Below, one piece after another: positions 40,941 through 51,685 of a DNA stretch of 64,000 nt (positions are counted from its first letter, which is position 1; every line of letters begins with the position of its first letter). This DNA is from Limisphaerales bacterium (GTDB lineage Bacteria > Verrucomicrobiota > Verrucomicrobiia > Limisphaerales > AAA164-E04), in assembly GCA_024761205.1 (NCBI GenBank), contig JAMASS010000024.1:12079-76078 (forward strand). The letters are read 5' to 3'. The notes under the pieces were generated by a model. That model was not told the origin of the DNA. It saw nothing but the letters and a program-made list of their open reading frames with translations, and did not search any database. Made by a program: the position numbers and the translations under genes.

Positions 40941-42031
40941 GTGGAACACGAATTTACGCCCAAGATTCTGCAGATACTCGAAGAGGAGTTTGGTGCTCAC
41001 GGCAAGGATTTGTTCCAAGCGAGCGAATTGCTCCAATACCTGAACATCAAAACAAAAGCAGCATCACGTGGTTCAAAATCTCGTGCTTCGTTCGGGAACC
41101 TGTATGCGGTGTATGTGTTAGTCGAAGATTATTTGGGCAAGTCGTTTCATGAGTCCGGCAATTACAAGGAATACGAAGGAGCACGGTTCACTGACCTACT
41201 GCGACGAATGCGCGAACTGCCATTCGGAAGCAAACTGCAAAACTACACCCTTAACCATCGAATCAAGAATTCAGGAGGTATCTCACAATATGTGAATTCA
41301 TTCCGATACTCCGTGACGTACAGACTAGAAAATACTGGATTAATGAGAATCTTCTTATCATAGAAATCATCAGCAACAAATTTAGCATTGCAAAATCCGT
41401 AATTTCAATTGTCGAGGCAAAGCGTGATGCGTTCGAGGCGTTCATCGCGACATGCCAAAATATGCAGTATAGTAAAAACCGACGATCCAGACGCAGTGCG
41501 TCAATTCGTTGCATCGATGCTTCGGCCAAAGGTGGACGCACATATTTTCGAAATCGCCAGTTTTGCAATTTTAAAGGAGTACTTCGCCAACCAGTCAAAT
41601 CTACTGGGGCCGGACACTCGAAGAAGTCTCGGAGGAGTTCTTACTGCTGTACAAGACGGGGCGATGCAACGCGAATGATGGTGGGATCGACTTCGTGATG
41701 CGTCCATTAGGGCGGTTCTTCCAAGTGACGGAAACAACCGATGTCAAAAAGTACTTTCTCGACATCGACAAGGTGCAGCGATATCCTATCACCTTTGTGG
41801 TCAAATCGTCAGAGCCCGCCGATGTCCTGCGCGATAAAGATAGAGCAACAGGCTAGAAGGGTATTCAGCGTTGCGAAAGTAGTTCAAAGGTACATGGACT
41901 GCGTTGAAGAAGTCATCAACATTCCAACTCTACTTAAGCGCTTCAATGAAATCGCCGTCGATGACAGAGTTGGTCCCGTCATCGACGAGCTCCTTCTTCA
42001 AAGTCGTGTCGAGTTTAACTACGACAACTAA
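40941..42031 (+). pseudogene. cognate type II restriction endonuclease, inactivated by at least two frameshifts
   Basis: It starts 6 nt after the methyltransferase stop. Coding-like pieces lie in three frames: 'ASRGSKSRASFGNLYAVYVLVEDY', 'RYWINENLL', 'YKTGRCNANDGGIDFVMRPLGRFFQVTETTDVKKYFLDIDKVQRYPITFVVKS' and 'VVQRYMDCVEEVINIPTLLKRF'. Confidence 0.5.
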
Positions 42032-42639
42032 TCATCCGGTTTACGGATAAGGGCTTCACGTCGCTGCGGATGAGCAAACTGAAGCAGCAGCGCAAAATGA
42101 GGCTGTCTGGTATGCGTTCATCTACGAGTGACTCAGGGCCGTCGTGGGGCTGTTAGCCAAGAGATGTCTGGCAGCTTGAATTCTGGCAGTGCGTGCTGCT
42201 GTATCTGGAGCGGATCAACTCCTACGCCACGCCGGTTGAGCGGAGTGTCTCGCTCGCACCTGCAGCAGATCGAGGTGATTCACAAGTCCGCCATGCTCAC
42301 CGGGCAGTTGAATTTCGGGGGGACATCCAGCGATTGCCGCCTCATGAAGAAAAGACCGTGCTGCGGGCCATGCATCAGACGCTGGTCGATCACGGATTTT
42401 ATCTCATGCAGGAGACCGATGCCAGACACTGCTGGTGATTCCATTTTGCTTCAACCGGGAACGGCGAGATTAAATCGACCATTCCCGTATCTTCGGCACA
42501 TTCCGGTGCAGCGGAGCACTGGAACTGTGCGCGACGCTAGTCGTCAATCTGCACCACACGCGGGCCTTCGAGACTGAAGAGCTGTGGCGGTATGCAACGG
42601 ATTTTATCGCTGATGGCGACAAGGTGGGACTGAATCAGA

Positions 42640-43074
42640 TTGGATGAGGGAGATGGCGGAAGTCTCTCGTAAGGGAATCAAGCGTGAGAGTCGCGACCTC
42701 ATGCTCGAGTATCATGCGGTTGTCATTGCTGAGGAAGCGGGCCAGCGGCTATACCTTCCGGGGGTGCAAGTCCGGATGTGCATGCCCGAATCGATCTGCA
42801 AGCTTTCTCTGGGAGGGAGGGCAATCGTTCTCTGCGCTGATAGTTGCGTTCTTCCGCTGTCTACAAATCCGTATTCACCAATTGTGATGATCAAGTCATG
42901 TTCGCTGCCGTCACGAAAAAGTTGGTCGATGACTGGCAGCGATCCAAACCTCCCGTGATGCTGGTGCATCGCACGGACGACGGGTCCATTCGATGGGTGG
43001 ATGTTGGTGCTTATCTCAGGACAGAAAACGAGGATCGAAGGACAGCGGTTAAGCAAATTGTTTTCGCTGGATAA
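42640..43074 (+). pseudogene. unclassified remnant (possibly DUF4365/nuclease-like)
   Basis: Only the last ~70 codons look coding ('DQVMFAAVTKKLVDDWQRSKPPVMLVHRTDDGSIRWVDVGAYL'). Upstream frames are broken and the family guess is weak. Confidence 0.2.
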
Positions 43075-43224
43075 CCATTTACGCGTTGAGCTTGCATCGG
43101 ATGAGGGATCGACTGTTTTCCGGTGCTGAGTCCTAGTTCGTTCGGTTGTGGTTTGGCAAAGCGGATGAGGGAAAACGTGGCTGTTGGCATGGTACGTGGC
43201 GATTGAAGTTTGAGTATGGGCTTA

Positions 43225-43482
43225 TGGGAATCATCACGATCAAGCCTGGCAAGTGAGGCGGAAGCCGTATATTCGCGGGTTTCGAATTACGATTGGTGAT
43301 GTGTTTGAATACTTGGCATCTGGAGTGTGGAGGCTGAGATTCTCGCAGGTTCTCATGGCTTCACATGTGCGGATATCTGTGCGTGTCTTTGTTATGCTGC
43401 GGATGGCGAGAGGAAGTTCACCGCTAGGGTCGGCGTGAAGTTTCTCATCGATCACAATTTTTCCCATTGGTTGGTCACATAA
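43225..43482 (+). pseudogene. DUF433 antitoxin-like gene (frameshifted) plus a truncated DUF5615/PIN-like partner
   Basis: 'RKPYIRGFRITIGDVFEYLASG' is followed, after a shift, by 'SVEAEILAGSHGFTCADICACLCYAADGERK'. Then 'VKFLIDHNFSHWLVT*' retains only about 15 codons of the partner gene. Confidence 0.4.
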
Positions 43483-43528
43483 TCACGTTTCCGTTGCTGC
43501 AACAAGCCTCGGAGGCTAGAACACCCCA

Positions 43529-44410
43529 ATGACCAGATTTCAGGCGGAGTGTGTGTATAGTGGTAAAGCCGTGTTGGCGGAGGGGCCGGTTTGGGATGAG
43601 GTGGCGCAGTTGCTCTATTGGCTGGATATCGAAAGAGGGAAGATTTGTCGTTTTGATCCCGCTTCAAAGGGCAATGAGGAATGGATATTGGGAACCCGTG
43701 TTGGCTTTGCGGTGAACACTGAGAAGGGGGATATGTTGGCCGGGACTCAGGAGGGGCTGATTCGATTTTCTTGCGGAACGGGAACCAGCACGCCTTTTGC
43801 GAAGCCGGAGGCCGAGCTCCCTGATAATCGGTTTAACGACGGGAAGTGTGATCTCCAAGGGCGGCTATGGGCTGGGACGATGTCGATGGACGAGACCAAG
43901 ACAGCCGGAAGCCTATATCGTGTGGACGAGGATGGTTCGTTGAGTCAGCATGCGGATATGGTGAGGATCTCAAATGGCCTCGCTTGGTCCTCTGATTCCA
44001 GGAAGATGTACTACATCGACTCTCCTACACAGCGGGTAGATGTATTTGATTACGATGCTGCCGGTGGTGAGAACTCGAACCGGCGACCCGTAATCGATTT
44101 GACTGGGGAATCATTCTTTCCTGATGGAATGACTATCGACGTCGAGGACAAGCTTTGGGTGGCGCTTTGGGAGGGCTGGGGTGTCGGACGGTTCGATCCG
44201 GCAACTGGGGAAATGATCGCGAAGGTTGAGGTGCCCGTGGCGTGCGTGACGTCATGCTGCTTTGGTGGACCGGACTTGGAAGATTTGTATATCACGACGG
44301 CTAGTCGTAGCATGAAGGTGGAGGATTGGAATCAACAGCCGGATGCTGGAGGGATTTTCATAGCGCGACCGGATGTTAAGGGAACGCCGAGTATTCGCTT
44401 CAAGGGCTAG
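43529..44410 (+). CDS. SMP-30/gluconolactonase/LRE-family protein
   Basis: 'LAEGPVWDEVAQLLYWLDIERGKICRFDP', 'RFNDGKCD', 'SNGLAWS' and 'PDGMTIDVEDKLWVA'. Confidence 0.85.
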   Translation: MTRFQAECVYSGKAVLAEGPVWDEVAQLLYWLDIERGKICRFDPASKGNEEWILGTRVGFAVNTEKGDMLAGTQEGLIRFSCGTGTSTPFAKPEAELPDNRFNDGKCDLQGRLWAGTMSMDETKTAGSLYRVDEDGSLSQHADMVRISNGLAWSSDSRKMYYIDSPTQRVDVFDYDAAGGENSNRRPVIDLTGESFFPDGMTIDVEDKLWVALWEGWGVGRFDPATGEMIAKVEVPVACVTSCCFGGPDLEDLYITTASRSMKVEDWNQQPDAGGIFIARPDVKGTPSIRFKG

Positions 44411-44413
44411 TCG

Positions 44414-45232
44414 GTGTCGATGAATGAGTCAGCGCCGACGATTGTCGATATTGGCCTCAATCTGACGCATAAGTCATTTTGGGCGGATTTACCTGGTGTT
44501 GTCGCTCGTGGTCGAGAGGCTGGTGTACGTCAGATGGTGCTGACCGGAACGACTGTTGAAAGCAGTCGTGAAGCACTTGAGTTGGCGAGGAGCTATTCAG
44601 GCGCGATGTTTTCTACGGCTGGGATTCATCCGCATCACGCTTCGAATTTTGAACCCGGTTCTTTGACGGCCCTGAAGGATTTGGCGGCTGAACCGCAAGT
44701 GGCGGCAATTGGGGAATGTGGGCTCGATTTCTATCGCAACTTTTCGCCTCGGAGTGCACAGCAAGAATGTTTGCGGGAGCAACTGGGATTGGCGGTTGAA
44801 CTTGGACTGCCGGTTTTTCTCCACGAGCGAGATGCTCATGTTTCGTTTGTGGCGATTCTCAGAGAGGCTGTGGCGAATCTGAAGGCTGCGGTGGTGCATT
44901 GTTTTACTGGGAGCCGACGGGCTCTTGAAGCCTATCTGTATCTAGGCTGTTTTATCGGCATCACGGGCTGGGTCTGTGATGAGCGGCGCGGTGGTAAACT
45001 GCGGGAACTGGTGCCGTCGATCCCGCTGGATCGGTTGATGATTGAGACTGATGCGCCTTACTTGCTGCCGCGTGATTTGAAGCCGAAGCCCAAGACGACT
45101 CGAAATGAGCCATGTCATCTGGCGCATATCGGACGAGCCGTCGCTGATATCCGAGGCATCCCATACGAGGATCTCGCTGCTGCGACGACTGAGAATGCGC
45201 GGCGATTCTTTGGTCTGCCGGCCGTTGATTGA
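44414..45232 (+). CDS. TatD-family metal-dependent hydrolase/DNase
   Basis: 'AGIHPHHA', 'IGECGLDF', 'FLHERDA', 'VVHCFTG' and 'IETDAPY'. The GTG at 44414 or the ATG at 44420 could be the start. Confidence 0.85.
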   Translation: MSMNESAPTIVDIGLNLTHKSFWADLPGVVARGREAGVRQMVLTGTTVESSREALELARSYSGAMFSTAGIHPHHASNFEPGSLTALKDLAAEPQVAAIGECGLDFYRNFSPRSAQQECLREQLGLAVELGLPVFLHERDAHVSFVAILREAVANLKAAVVHCFTGSRRALEAYLYLGCFIGITGWVCDERRGGKLRELVPSIPLDRLMIETDAPYLLPRDLKPKPKTTRNEPCHLAHIGRAVADIRGIPYEDLAAATTENARRFFGLPAVD

Positions 45233-45240
45233 AAGGCTTT

Positions 45241-45999
45241 ATGAAATTGGTGTCGTGGAATGTGAATGGGATCCGAGCGGCCTTGAAGAAAGGCTTCTTG
45301 GATCAACTGGACAAGTTTGGCGCGGATGTGATTTGCCTCCAGGAAACCAAAGCCATGCAGGAGCAGGTGGCGGATGTGGATTGGCCACCGGGGTATCACC
45401 AGTTCTGGAACGCTGCGGAGAAGAAGGGTTATTCTGGAACGGCGGTGTTCGCCAAGGAGAAGCCGGAGGATGTCACTTTCGGCATGGGAGTGAAGGCTCA
45501 CGATCAGGAAGGACGAGTGATTAACGTGGAGTACGGAGATTTTTATTTGGTTAATGTCTACACGCCCAACTCACAGAATGAGTTGGCTCGATTGGACTAC
45601 CGCACGCAGGAGTGGGATGTGGCGTTTCGAGAGCATGTCAAGAAGCTGGAGAAGAGGAAGCCCGCGATATTCTGCGGTGACCTGAATGTGGCGCATCAGG
45701 AAATCGACTTAGCGCGGCCAAAGTTCAACACCCGCAACGCCGGGTTCACCCAGGAAGAGCGGGATTCGTTTGCGAAGCATCTTGAAGCCGGGTTCGTGGA
45801 TACCTTTCGAGAGTTCGAAAAAGATGGGGGGCATTACTCCTGGTGGAGTTATCGGGCGAATGCTCGGGCTAAAAACATTGGGTGGCGGATTGACTACTTT
45901 TGTGTGTCTGAGTCGTTGCGGTCTCGGTTGGAAAGCGCGGCTATCATGCCGGAAGTCATGGGGTCGGACCATTGTCCGGTGGTTTTGGAACTTTCCTAG
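45241..45999 (+). CDS. xth: exodeoxyribonuclease III
   Basis: 'MKLVSWNVNGIRA', 'ICLQETK', 'NVYTPN', 'GDLNVAH', 'SWWSYR' and 'GSDHCPV'. Confidence 0.9.
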   Translation: MKLVSWNVNGIRAALKKGFLDQLDKFGADVICLQETKAMQEQVADVDWPPGYHQFWNAAEKKGYSGTAVFAKEKPEDVTFGMGVKAHDQEGRVINVEYGDFYLVNVYTPNSQNELARLDYRTQEWDVAFREHVKKLEKRKPAIFCGDLNVAHQEIDLARPKFNTRNAGFTQEERDSFAKHLEAGFVDTFREFEKDGGHYSWWSYRANARAKNIGWRIDYFCVSESLRSRLESAAIMPEVMGSDHCPVVLELS

Positions 46000-46155
46000 G
46001 GTGGGGTGAGAGTCCTCTTGAAGCGTCAGGGGCGGGTGAATCCCAGATTCGTGTAAGGTAATACGGGTGCGTGGCTCTGAAGGTGAGGCATGGCAACCTA
46101 GCTGTTGCCCTGCTCCACGGAGTGTCGCCCCGCCTGTCTTTTGGGTTAGCTGGCG

Positions 46156-47301
46156 CTAACTCCAATCGAGGTCTACTGGAAGGTCGGGGTTGAGGCTTTG
46201 GCAGCCGTCTGATGTGACGACCACTAAGTCTTCGACTCTCACGCCGCCGATCTTCGGAGAGTAGAGTCCGGGTTCGATGGTCAATGCGTCCCCAACCACC
46301 AGTTCCGGCCCTTTGAAGTCCAGCAAGGGCGGCTCGTGCGTTTCCAGACCGATTCCGTGACCGGTCCCGTGAGTCATAGAAGGAACATCACCGGTCAAAG
46401 GGCCGGCGGGGCGGTCGGTGCGAAAGCCGTGTTGTTCGATGACTTGAATCGTGGCGAGGTGGACGGCTTCTCCGGTGATTCCGGGTTTTGTCGCCACCGT
46501 TCCGGCCGCATTGGCGGCGACGATTGCTTGGTGCATGGCGGCGACTTCTTCCGGGATGTCACCGTGGACAACCGTCCGGGTACAGTCGCCATTGTAATTC
46601 GTGGCTTTGTCGCAGGGAAAAATATCGATGATGATGGGCTGACTGGTGAAGAGGGGACCGCTGCCGTGGAAATGACAATCAGCGGCTTGCGGCCCACCGG
46701 CAACGATACTACCGGGATTGCTAAAACCTTCCTCCAAGAGCCACACATCGATGAGCGATTGCAAGCGTTCCGAGGTCAATGGTGATCCGCCCACTTGAAG
46801 GCTGCCCTCCGGTGTGGCCGTGGCTTTAGCCACCATTTGACAGGCGCGGGTCATCGTTGCAGCGGTGATCTTTTGCGCTTTGCATAACCATTCGATTTCC
46901 TGAGCGTCTTTGGAACGGCGTTCCATCACCCCTAGGGCCGGATTGTAGATGAGAGATATTCCATGACTTCTGAGCTCTTCTGCAAAACTCAGTGGGAATG
47001 ATCTGTCGGCTTCAACTTGGCTGATTCCTTCCCGCGCAAGAAATTCTGCCAAGGCCTGGGCCGTTGCGGTCTCGCGATCACCGGACAATCCTTCTGCGGG
47101 CGGAAAGTCCGCCGGGCAGTGAACGTGGTGCACCTGCGCATTTCGGCGGGCGCGTTCCATTTCAATGTCTCGCAGAATCAGCGTTTTGCCTTTCTCCTGT
47201 TCGATGAGAGCGACCGGATCACCGACGCTGAAGCACAGGCGGTGATATAGGGTTCGATTGATCGCGGGGATTCCGGCAAAGACACGAGTAGGGGGTGGCA
47301 T
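46156..47301 (-). CDS. M24-family Xaa-Pro aminopeptidase/creatinase-like metallopeptidase
   Basis: 'IIDIFPC..YNGDCTRT', 'HGTGHGIGLETHEPP' and 'LTIEPGLY..GGVRVEDLV'. Confidence 0.85.
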   Translation of the reverse strand: MPPPTRVFAGIPAINRTLYHRLCFSVGDPVALIEQEKGKTLILRDIEMERARRNAQVHHVHCPADFPPAEGLSGDRETATAQALAEFLAREGISQVEADRSFPLSFAEELRSHGISLIYNPALGVMERRSKDAQEIEWLCKAQKITAATMTRACQMVAKATATPEGSLQVGGSPLTSERLQSLIDVWLLEEGFSNPGSIVAGGPQAADCHFHGSGPLFTSQPIIIDIFPCDKATNYNGDCTRTVVHGDIPEEVAAMHQAIVAANAAGTVATKPGITGEAVHLATIQVIEQHGFRTDRPAGPLTGDVPSMTHGTGHGIGLETHEPPLLDFKGPELVVGDALTIEPGLYSPKIGGVRVEDLVVVTSDGCQSLNPDLPVDLDWS

Positions 47302-47573
47302 TTGTTTGGTCGTTTATTGCTGAGCCTGAGCATAGAGCAACGACTCCACCGGCTCAGCATAAAACTGAGTTGCGGTTACAGGCTATTTCGGTCAGGTGAC
47401 TTTCGATGGGGGTGACATCAAAGTAAGTTGTCCATCGCTGGGAATCCAAAGCGGCGAAGGCTAAGGGTGCGGTGATGCTTCACCGCTTTCTTTAGTCTCT
47501 GTGAGTCTCCTGAAACACATCAATTGCTCCCGCTTGGCACCAATCCGCTTGCACCCTAGGCTAGCCAGCATTT

Positions 47574-48686
47574 ATGGTGTCAACCATGAGTTCGGAAGTG
47601 GTTGACGCAACAAATTCACAACGGATTCGCCAGTTTGGCCATCGGGCGATCGCTGGTGAACAGCTGACTCGCGACGAGGCCCTATGGCTATTTGGCCTTG
47701 AGAGCTCGGCGGATATTCTGGACCTCTTGTCGGCTGCGAATCGAGTGCGGGAGCACTTTAAGGGGAACAAGATTCATTTGTGTTCTATCGTCAACGCCAA
47801 GGCGGGGGGATGCAGCGAAAATTGCAAGTTTTGCGCGCAGTCGACGGCCTACCAGGGAGATTCTCCGCGTTATGGATTTATTGACCGCGGGCCGGTTAAG
47901 GAGGCCGCCAACGAAGCGGAGCGCAATGGGGTGACTGCTGTGGGATTAGTCGCTGCTTGGAGGGGGTTGAAGGAGGGGCTCGTCTTGGATGCGGTCTGCG
48001 ATCGAATCAAAGAAATGGCGGCCGATGGGAAGACCCGTCCGGATGCCTCGTTGGGATTGATTGAAAGTCAAGCCGTGGCCGATCGACTGAAGGAGGCCGG
48101 GCTTGAATGCTATGGCCACAATTTGGAAAGCTCGCGAAATTTTTTCCCTAACCATTGCACGACACACACCTACGAGGATCGTTTGCAAACAATCCAATAT
48201 TTGAAGAATGCCGGGATCAAGATTTGTTCGGGAGGCATCATTGGGATGGGTGAAACTCGAGAAGATCGTTGCGATCTGGCATTGGCGGTGCGTGAGATCG
48301 GCGCCCACGTTGTACCGATTAACATTTTGAATCCGATTCCTGGGACGCCTTACGAAAACAATGAACCGTTGCCACCGTTCGAGATTCTCAAGACGATTGC
48401 GTGTTTCAGACTGATCAATCCACGCAAGGAAATCATGATCGCAGGGGGGCGAACGGTGAATCTGCGTGATCTGCAAAGCATGGTCTTTATGGCGGGTGCC
48501 AGCGCGTTGATGGTGGGGAACTACTTGACCACACTCAATCAACCGGTTGAGAAAGACCTTCAGATGCTCAAGGATCTCGGTCTCGATTCGGACTGGGATC
48601 ACCATGGTTTCGATGACCAAGAAACGGGCTGTGGTTGTTCCACGAATGCTGATTTGCGCGACGGAGAGTTGGTCGAGGCTGTTTGA
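47574..48686 (+). CDS. bioB: biotin synthase
   Basis: Radical-SAM motif 'GGCSENCKFCAQS' and an overall BioB layout ('YGHNLESS', 'CSGGIIGMGE'). Confidence 0.9.
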   Translation: MVSTMSSEVVDATNSQRIRQFGHRAIAGEQLTRDEALWLFGLESSADILDLLSAANRVREHFKGNKIHLCSIVNAKAGGCSENCKFCAQSTAYQGDSPRYGFIDRGPVKEAANEAERNGVTAVGLVAAWRGLKEGLVLDAVCDRIKEMAADGKTRPDASLGLIESQAVADRLKEAGLECYGHNLESSRNFFPNHCTTHTYEDRLQTIQYLKNAGIKICSGGIIGMGETREDRCDLALAVREIGAHVVPINILNPIPGTPYENNEPLPPFEILKTIACFRLINPRKEIMIAGGRTVNLRDLQSMVFMAGASALMVGNYLTTLNQPVEKDLQMLKDLGLDSDWDHHGFDDQETGCGCSTNADLRDGELVEAV

Positions 48687-48698
48687 GCTCATTGATGG

Positions 48699-49517
48699 GT
48701 GGACGGTTACAGAATAGTTGATTTTGGAGACGGATGTGTCAGCGGTGGTGCAACTCTTGGGACTGAATCGCGATGGTTATCGGGGGCAAACGGTCGCGAT
48801 TGCGCCGATTCTGGCCGATATCTTGGAGGGGCTCAGGCCAAAGGGTGGTTGATTGAAAAGTTAACTATGAGGAGTGATCTGGTTTTCCATGCCCTTTATC
48901 GACGTTTTCCTCAGGTCGAACGACGATTCTATCTTTCATCTGGAATTCACGAAGATGAAACGGCGGGACCACTAGCGATCCGCGCGCTTTTACAGCAAGA
49001 TGATTTTCATGATGATGCGGAGTGTTGGCTCTTGCCATGTTTGAACCCAACCGGCTTTGCAAAAAATCGGCGGGAGAACGTCGCTGGGATCGATTTGAAC
49101 CGGGATTACCGAAAGCCAAAAAGCGAGGAGTTTAGGGCACATCTGGCCTGGCCGAAAGATAAGAGACGCTTAAATTGTGCAGTGTGTCTCCACGAGGGTT
49201 GGGAAGCGCAGGGATTTTATCTTTATGCGGTTACCCCGCAGGCTTTTGACTGGGTGAGTGGGTCGATCATTGCGGCCGTGAGTCGGGTTTTTCCAATCGA
49301 GGCATCGAATGGGACCGAAGGGTTCCCCGCTCTTTGGAGGAATTATTCGCCCGCTTCTGAGTCGAATGGATTGTCCGGTGTGCCGGAATCACTTTACCTG
49401 GCTCAACATCATTGTGGTCTGGGCTATACTCTGGAAACCTCGTCCGACTTTCCTTTGGATGTGCGTGTCAATGCGTTGGCGGCAGAGGTTCGGGCGGTTT
49501 GGGCTTCAGTTGCTTAG
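48699..49517 (+). CDS. M14-like zinc carboxypeptidase/deacylase-family protein
   Basis: 'SSGIHEDETAG' (HxxE zinc site), 'NPTGF', 'DLNRDY' and 'CLHEGW'. The start is uncertain (GTG at 48699, or the ATG at 48867). Confidence 0.6.
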   Translation: MDGYRIVDFGDGCVSGGATLGTESRWLSGANGRDCADSGRYLGGAQAKGWLIEKLTMRSDLVFHALYRRFPQVERRFYLSSGIHEDETAGPLAIRALLQQDDFHDDAECWLLPCLNPTGFAKNRRENVAGIDLNRDYRKPKSEEFRAHLAWPKDKRRLNCAVCLHEGWEAQGFYLYAVTPQAFDWVSGSIIAAVSRVFPIEASNGTEGFPALWRNYSPASESNGLSGVPESLYLAQHHCGLGYTLETSSDFPLDVRVNALAAEVRAVWASVA

Positions 49518-49537
49518 TCTGACCAGGAGGAGGACTG

Positions 49538-51586
49538 ATGCATAAGTCTAATCGATTGGCTAAAGAAAAGTCGCCTTACTTGCTGCAGCATCAATACAAC
49601 CCGGTGGATTGGTTTCCTTGGGGCGAGGCGGCCTTTGAAAAGGCGCGAGCCGAAGATAAGCCCCTTTTTCTGAGCATTGGTTACTCTACTTGCCACTGGT
49701 GCCACGTGATGGAGCGTGAATCGTTTGAGGATGAACGGGTGGCTGATTTTCTGAACGAGCATTTTGTCAGTATCAAAGTTGATCGGGAAGAACGGCCTGA
49801 TGTGGACAAGATCTACATGACATCGGTACAGGCGCTTTCAGGGCAAGGGGGTTGGCCATTGAGTGTTTTTCTGACCGGTGATTTAAAGCCGTTCTATGGC
49901 GGCACCTATTTCCCGCCGTCGGATGTACACGGCCGCCCTGGTTTTCTGAATTTACTTCACGGTCTGAACAACCTGTGGTGCAACAAACGAAATGAAGTGA
50001 CTCGGTCCTCGGGGAAGCTCCATCAGCGTTTGGCCGAGCTCTGCGAGCAAGCACCGGTGACAGGCTATCCGCTGAATGCAGGGACCTTGGACAAAGCCGC
50101 TGAGTTATTTCGTCAGGAATACGATCCGATCGACGGGGGTTTTGGGCGTGCGCCGAAGTTTCCACGTCCGAGCCAACCGGCGTTCTTATTGCGGTATGGA
50201 GTTCGTCAGAATAATGAAGCGGCTATCAAGATGGTTCTACACACGTGCGAACGCATGTCACGGGGAGGCATGTATGATCAGATCGGGGGTGGATTTGCTA
50301 GGTATTCAGTGGACTCAAAGTGGTTGGTGCCTCACTTCGAAAAGATGCTCTACGATAATGCCCAACTGATTCATTTGTATCTGGATGCCTATCTCGTCTC
50401 GGGCGAAGAGCGGTTCGTCCGCACCGTTCGCGAGACTTTGGACTATGTGCGACGGGATATGACGCATCCCGAGGGTGGGTTTTATTCCGCCGAGGATGCC
50501 GACAGTGAGGGTAAGGAGGGGAAATTCTATTGTTGGACTCTGAGGGAGCTAAAGTCTCTTTTGCAAAAGGCGGAGGTTGAGGTGTTTATTCGGCATTATG
50601 GAGTGACGGAGAAAGGGAATTTCATCGACCACAGCGATCCCGACCCTCTCCTTCAGCAAAATGTCTTGAGTGTGGTTGATGACCAGCTTTCAGACGAGGA
50701 ACGGAAGATCTTGCAGAGTGCAAAGGCTAAGGTATTCGCGGCTCGAGGCAAGCGGGTCCGCCCTCATCTTGACGATAAGATTTTGGTCTCCTGGAACGGT
50801 CTCATGCTGGGGGCGGTCGCGCGGACTTACGGAGTTTTGGGAGCAACACAAGACCTCGAGGTTGCGGAGCGAAATTTTGAATTCCTTTGGCACAATTTTT
50901 GGGATGAGGATGCGGGGTGTTTGCATCACCGTTGGCGGGAAGGTGAACGGGACACCGTTCAGTTATTTCAGGGATATGCCTATTTCCTTTCGGGAGTGAT
51001 CGATCTCTATGAGGTGACCATCGATCCGGTGTATCTTAAAGTGGCCATTGCTGTCGCCGACGCAATGATCGAACGGTTCTTTGATCATGAGCACGGAGGC
51101 TTTTGGCAGAGCGACGGTGGAGGGGCGGATTTGATTTTGCGGATGAAGGAGGACTACGACGGGGCGGAGCCCTCAGGGAACTCGGTTGCGATGCTTTCGT
51201 TGCAGAAATTGGCGGCGATGTGTGACCGCACGGACTACATTGAGGTGGTGGAGAAGTGTTTTGTGGCCTTTGCCGAACGGTTGGATCAACTCCCTCAGGC
51301 GGTTCCTTTGATGTTGTTGGCGCTGGATTCTCAACTCGAAACGCCACGTCGGATCGTTATTCACGGCGACCGAACCGGTAACGAGACCCAGGCTCTGATT
51401 CGGGCGGCTCAATCCGTCTATCAACCGAATAAAGTCGTTCTAGGCATCGAAGGTGCTGTGGCTGGATTTGTCGCGAGTTTGCCAGGGAGTAAAAAGTCCA
51501 CTGAGATTGCCTATCTCTGCACCGGGCAATCATGCCAGGAGCCCACTAGCAATCCAGCGGTTGTTCAGCAGTTTCTGAGATCGTAG
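49538..51586 (+). CDS. thioredoxin-domain protein (DUF255/YyaL, N-acylglucosamine-epimerase-like C-terminus)
   Basis: '[29 protein letters not shown]...[19 protein letters not shown]'. 682 aa. Confidence 0.9.
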   Translation: MHKSNRLAKEKSPYLLQHQYNPVDWFPWGEAAFEKARAEDKPLFLSIGYSTCHWCHVMERESFEDERVADFLNEHFVSIKVDREERPDVDKIYMTSVQALSGQGGWPLSVFLTGDLKPFYGGTYFPPSDVHGRPGFLNLLHGLNNLWCNKRNEVTRSSGKLHQRLAELCEQAPVTGYPLNAGTLDKAAELFRQEYDPIDGGFGRAPKFPRPSQPAFLLRYGVRQNNEAAIKMVLHTCERMSRGGMYDQIGGGFARYSVDSKWLVPHFEKMLYDNAQLIHLYLDAYLVSGEERFVRTVRETLDYVRRDMTHPEGGFYSAEDADSEGKEGKFYCWTLRELKSLLQKAEVEVFIRHYGVTEKGNFIDHSDPDPLLQQNVLSVVDDQLSDEERKILQSAKAKVFAARGKRVRPHLDDKILVSWNGLMLGAVARTYGVLGATQDLEVAERNFEFLWHNFWDEDAGCLHHRWREGERDTVQLFQGYAYFLSGVIDLYEVTIDPVYLKVAIAVADAMIERFFDHEHGGFWQSDGGGADLILRMKEDYDGAEPSGNSVAMLSLQKLAAMCDRTDYIEVVEKCFVAFAERLDQLPQAVPLMLLALDSQLETPRRIVIHGDRTGNETQALIRAAQSVYQPNKVVLGIEGAVAGFVASLPGSKKSTEIAYLCTGQSCQEPTSNPAVVQQFLRS

Positions 51587-51685
51587 AACTGGAAATTTTT
51601 GGCGACCGGACTCAGGCTTTTTGCAGCTTCAGCGCTAGACCCGATGGTGAGAAGGCTGCGCCGAGGCATTGGGAAGGAACCGGCG

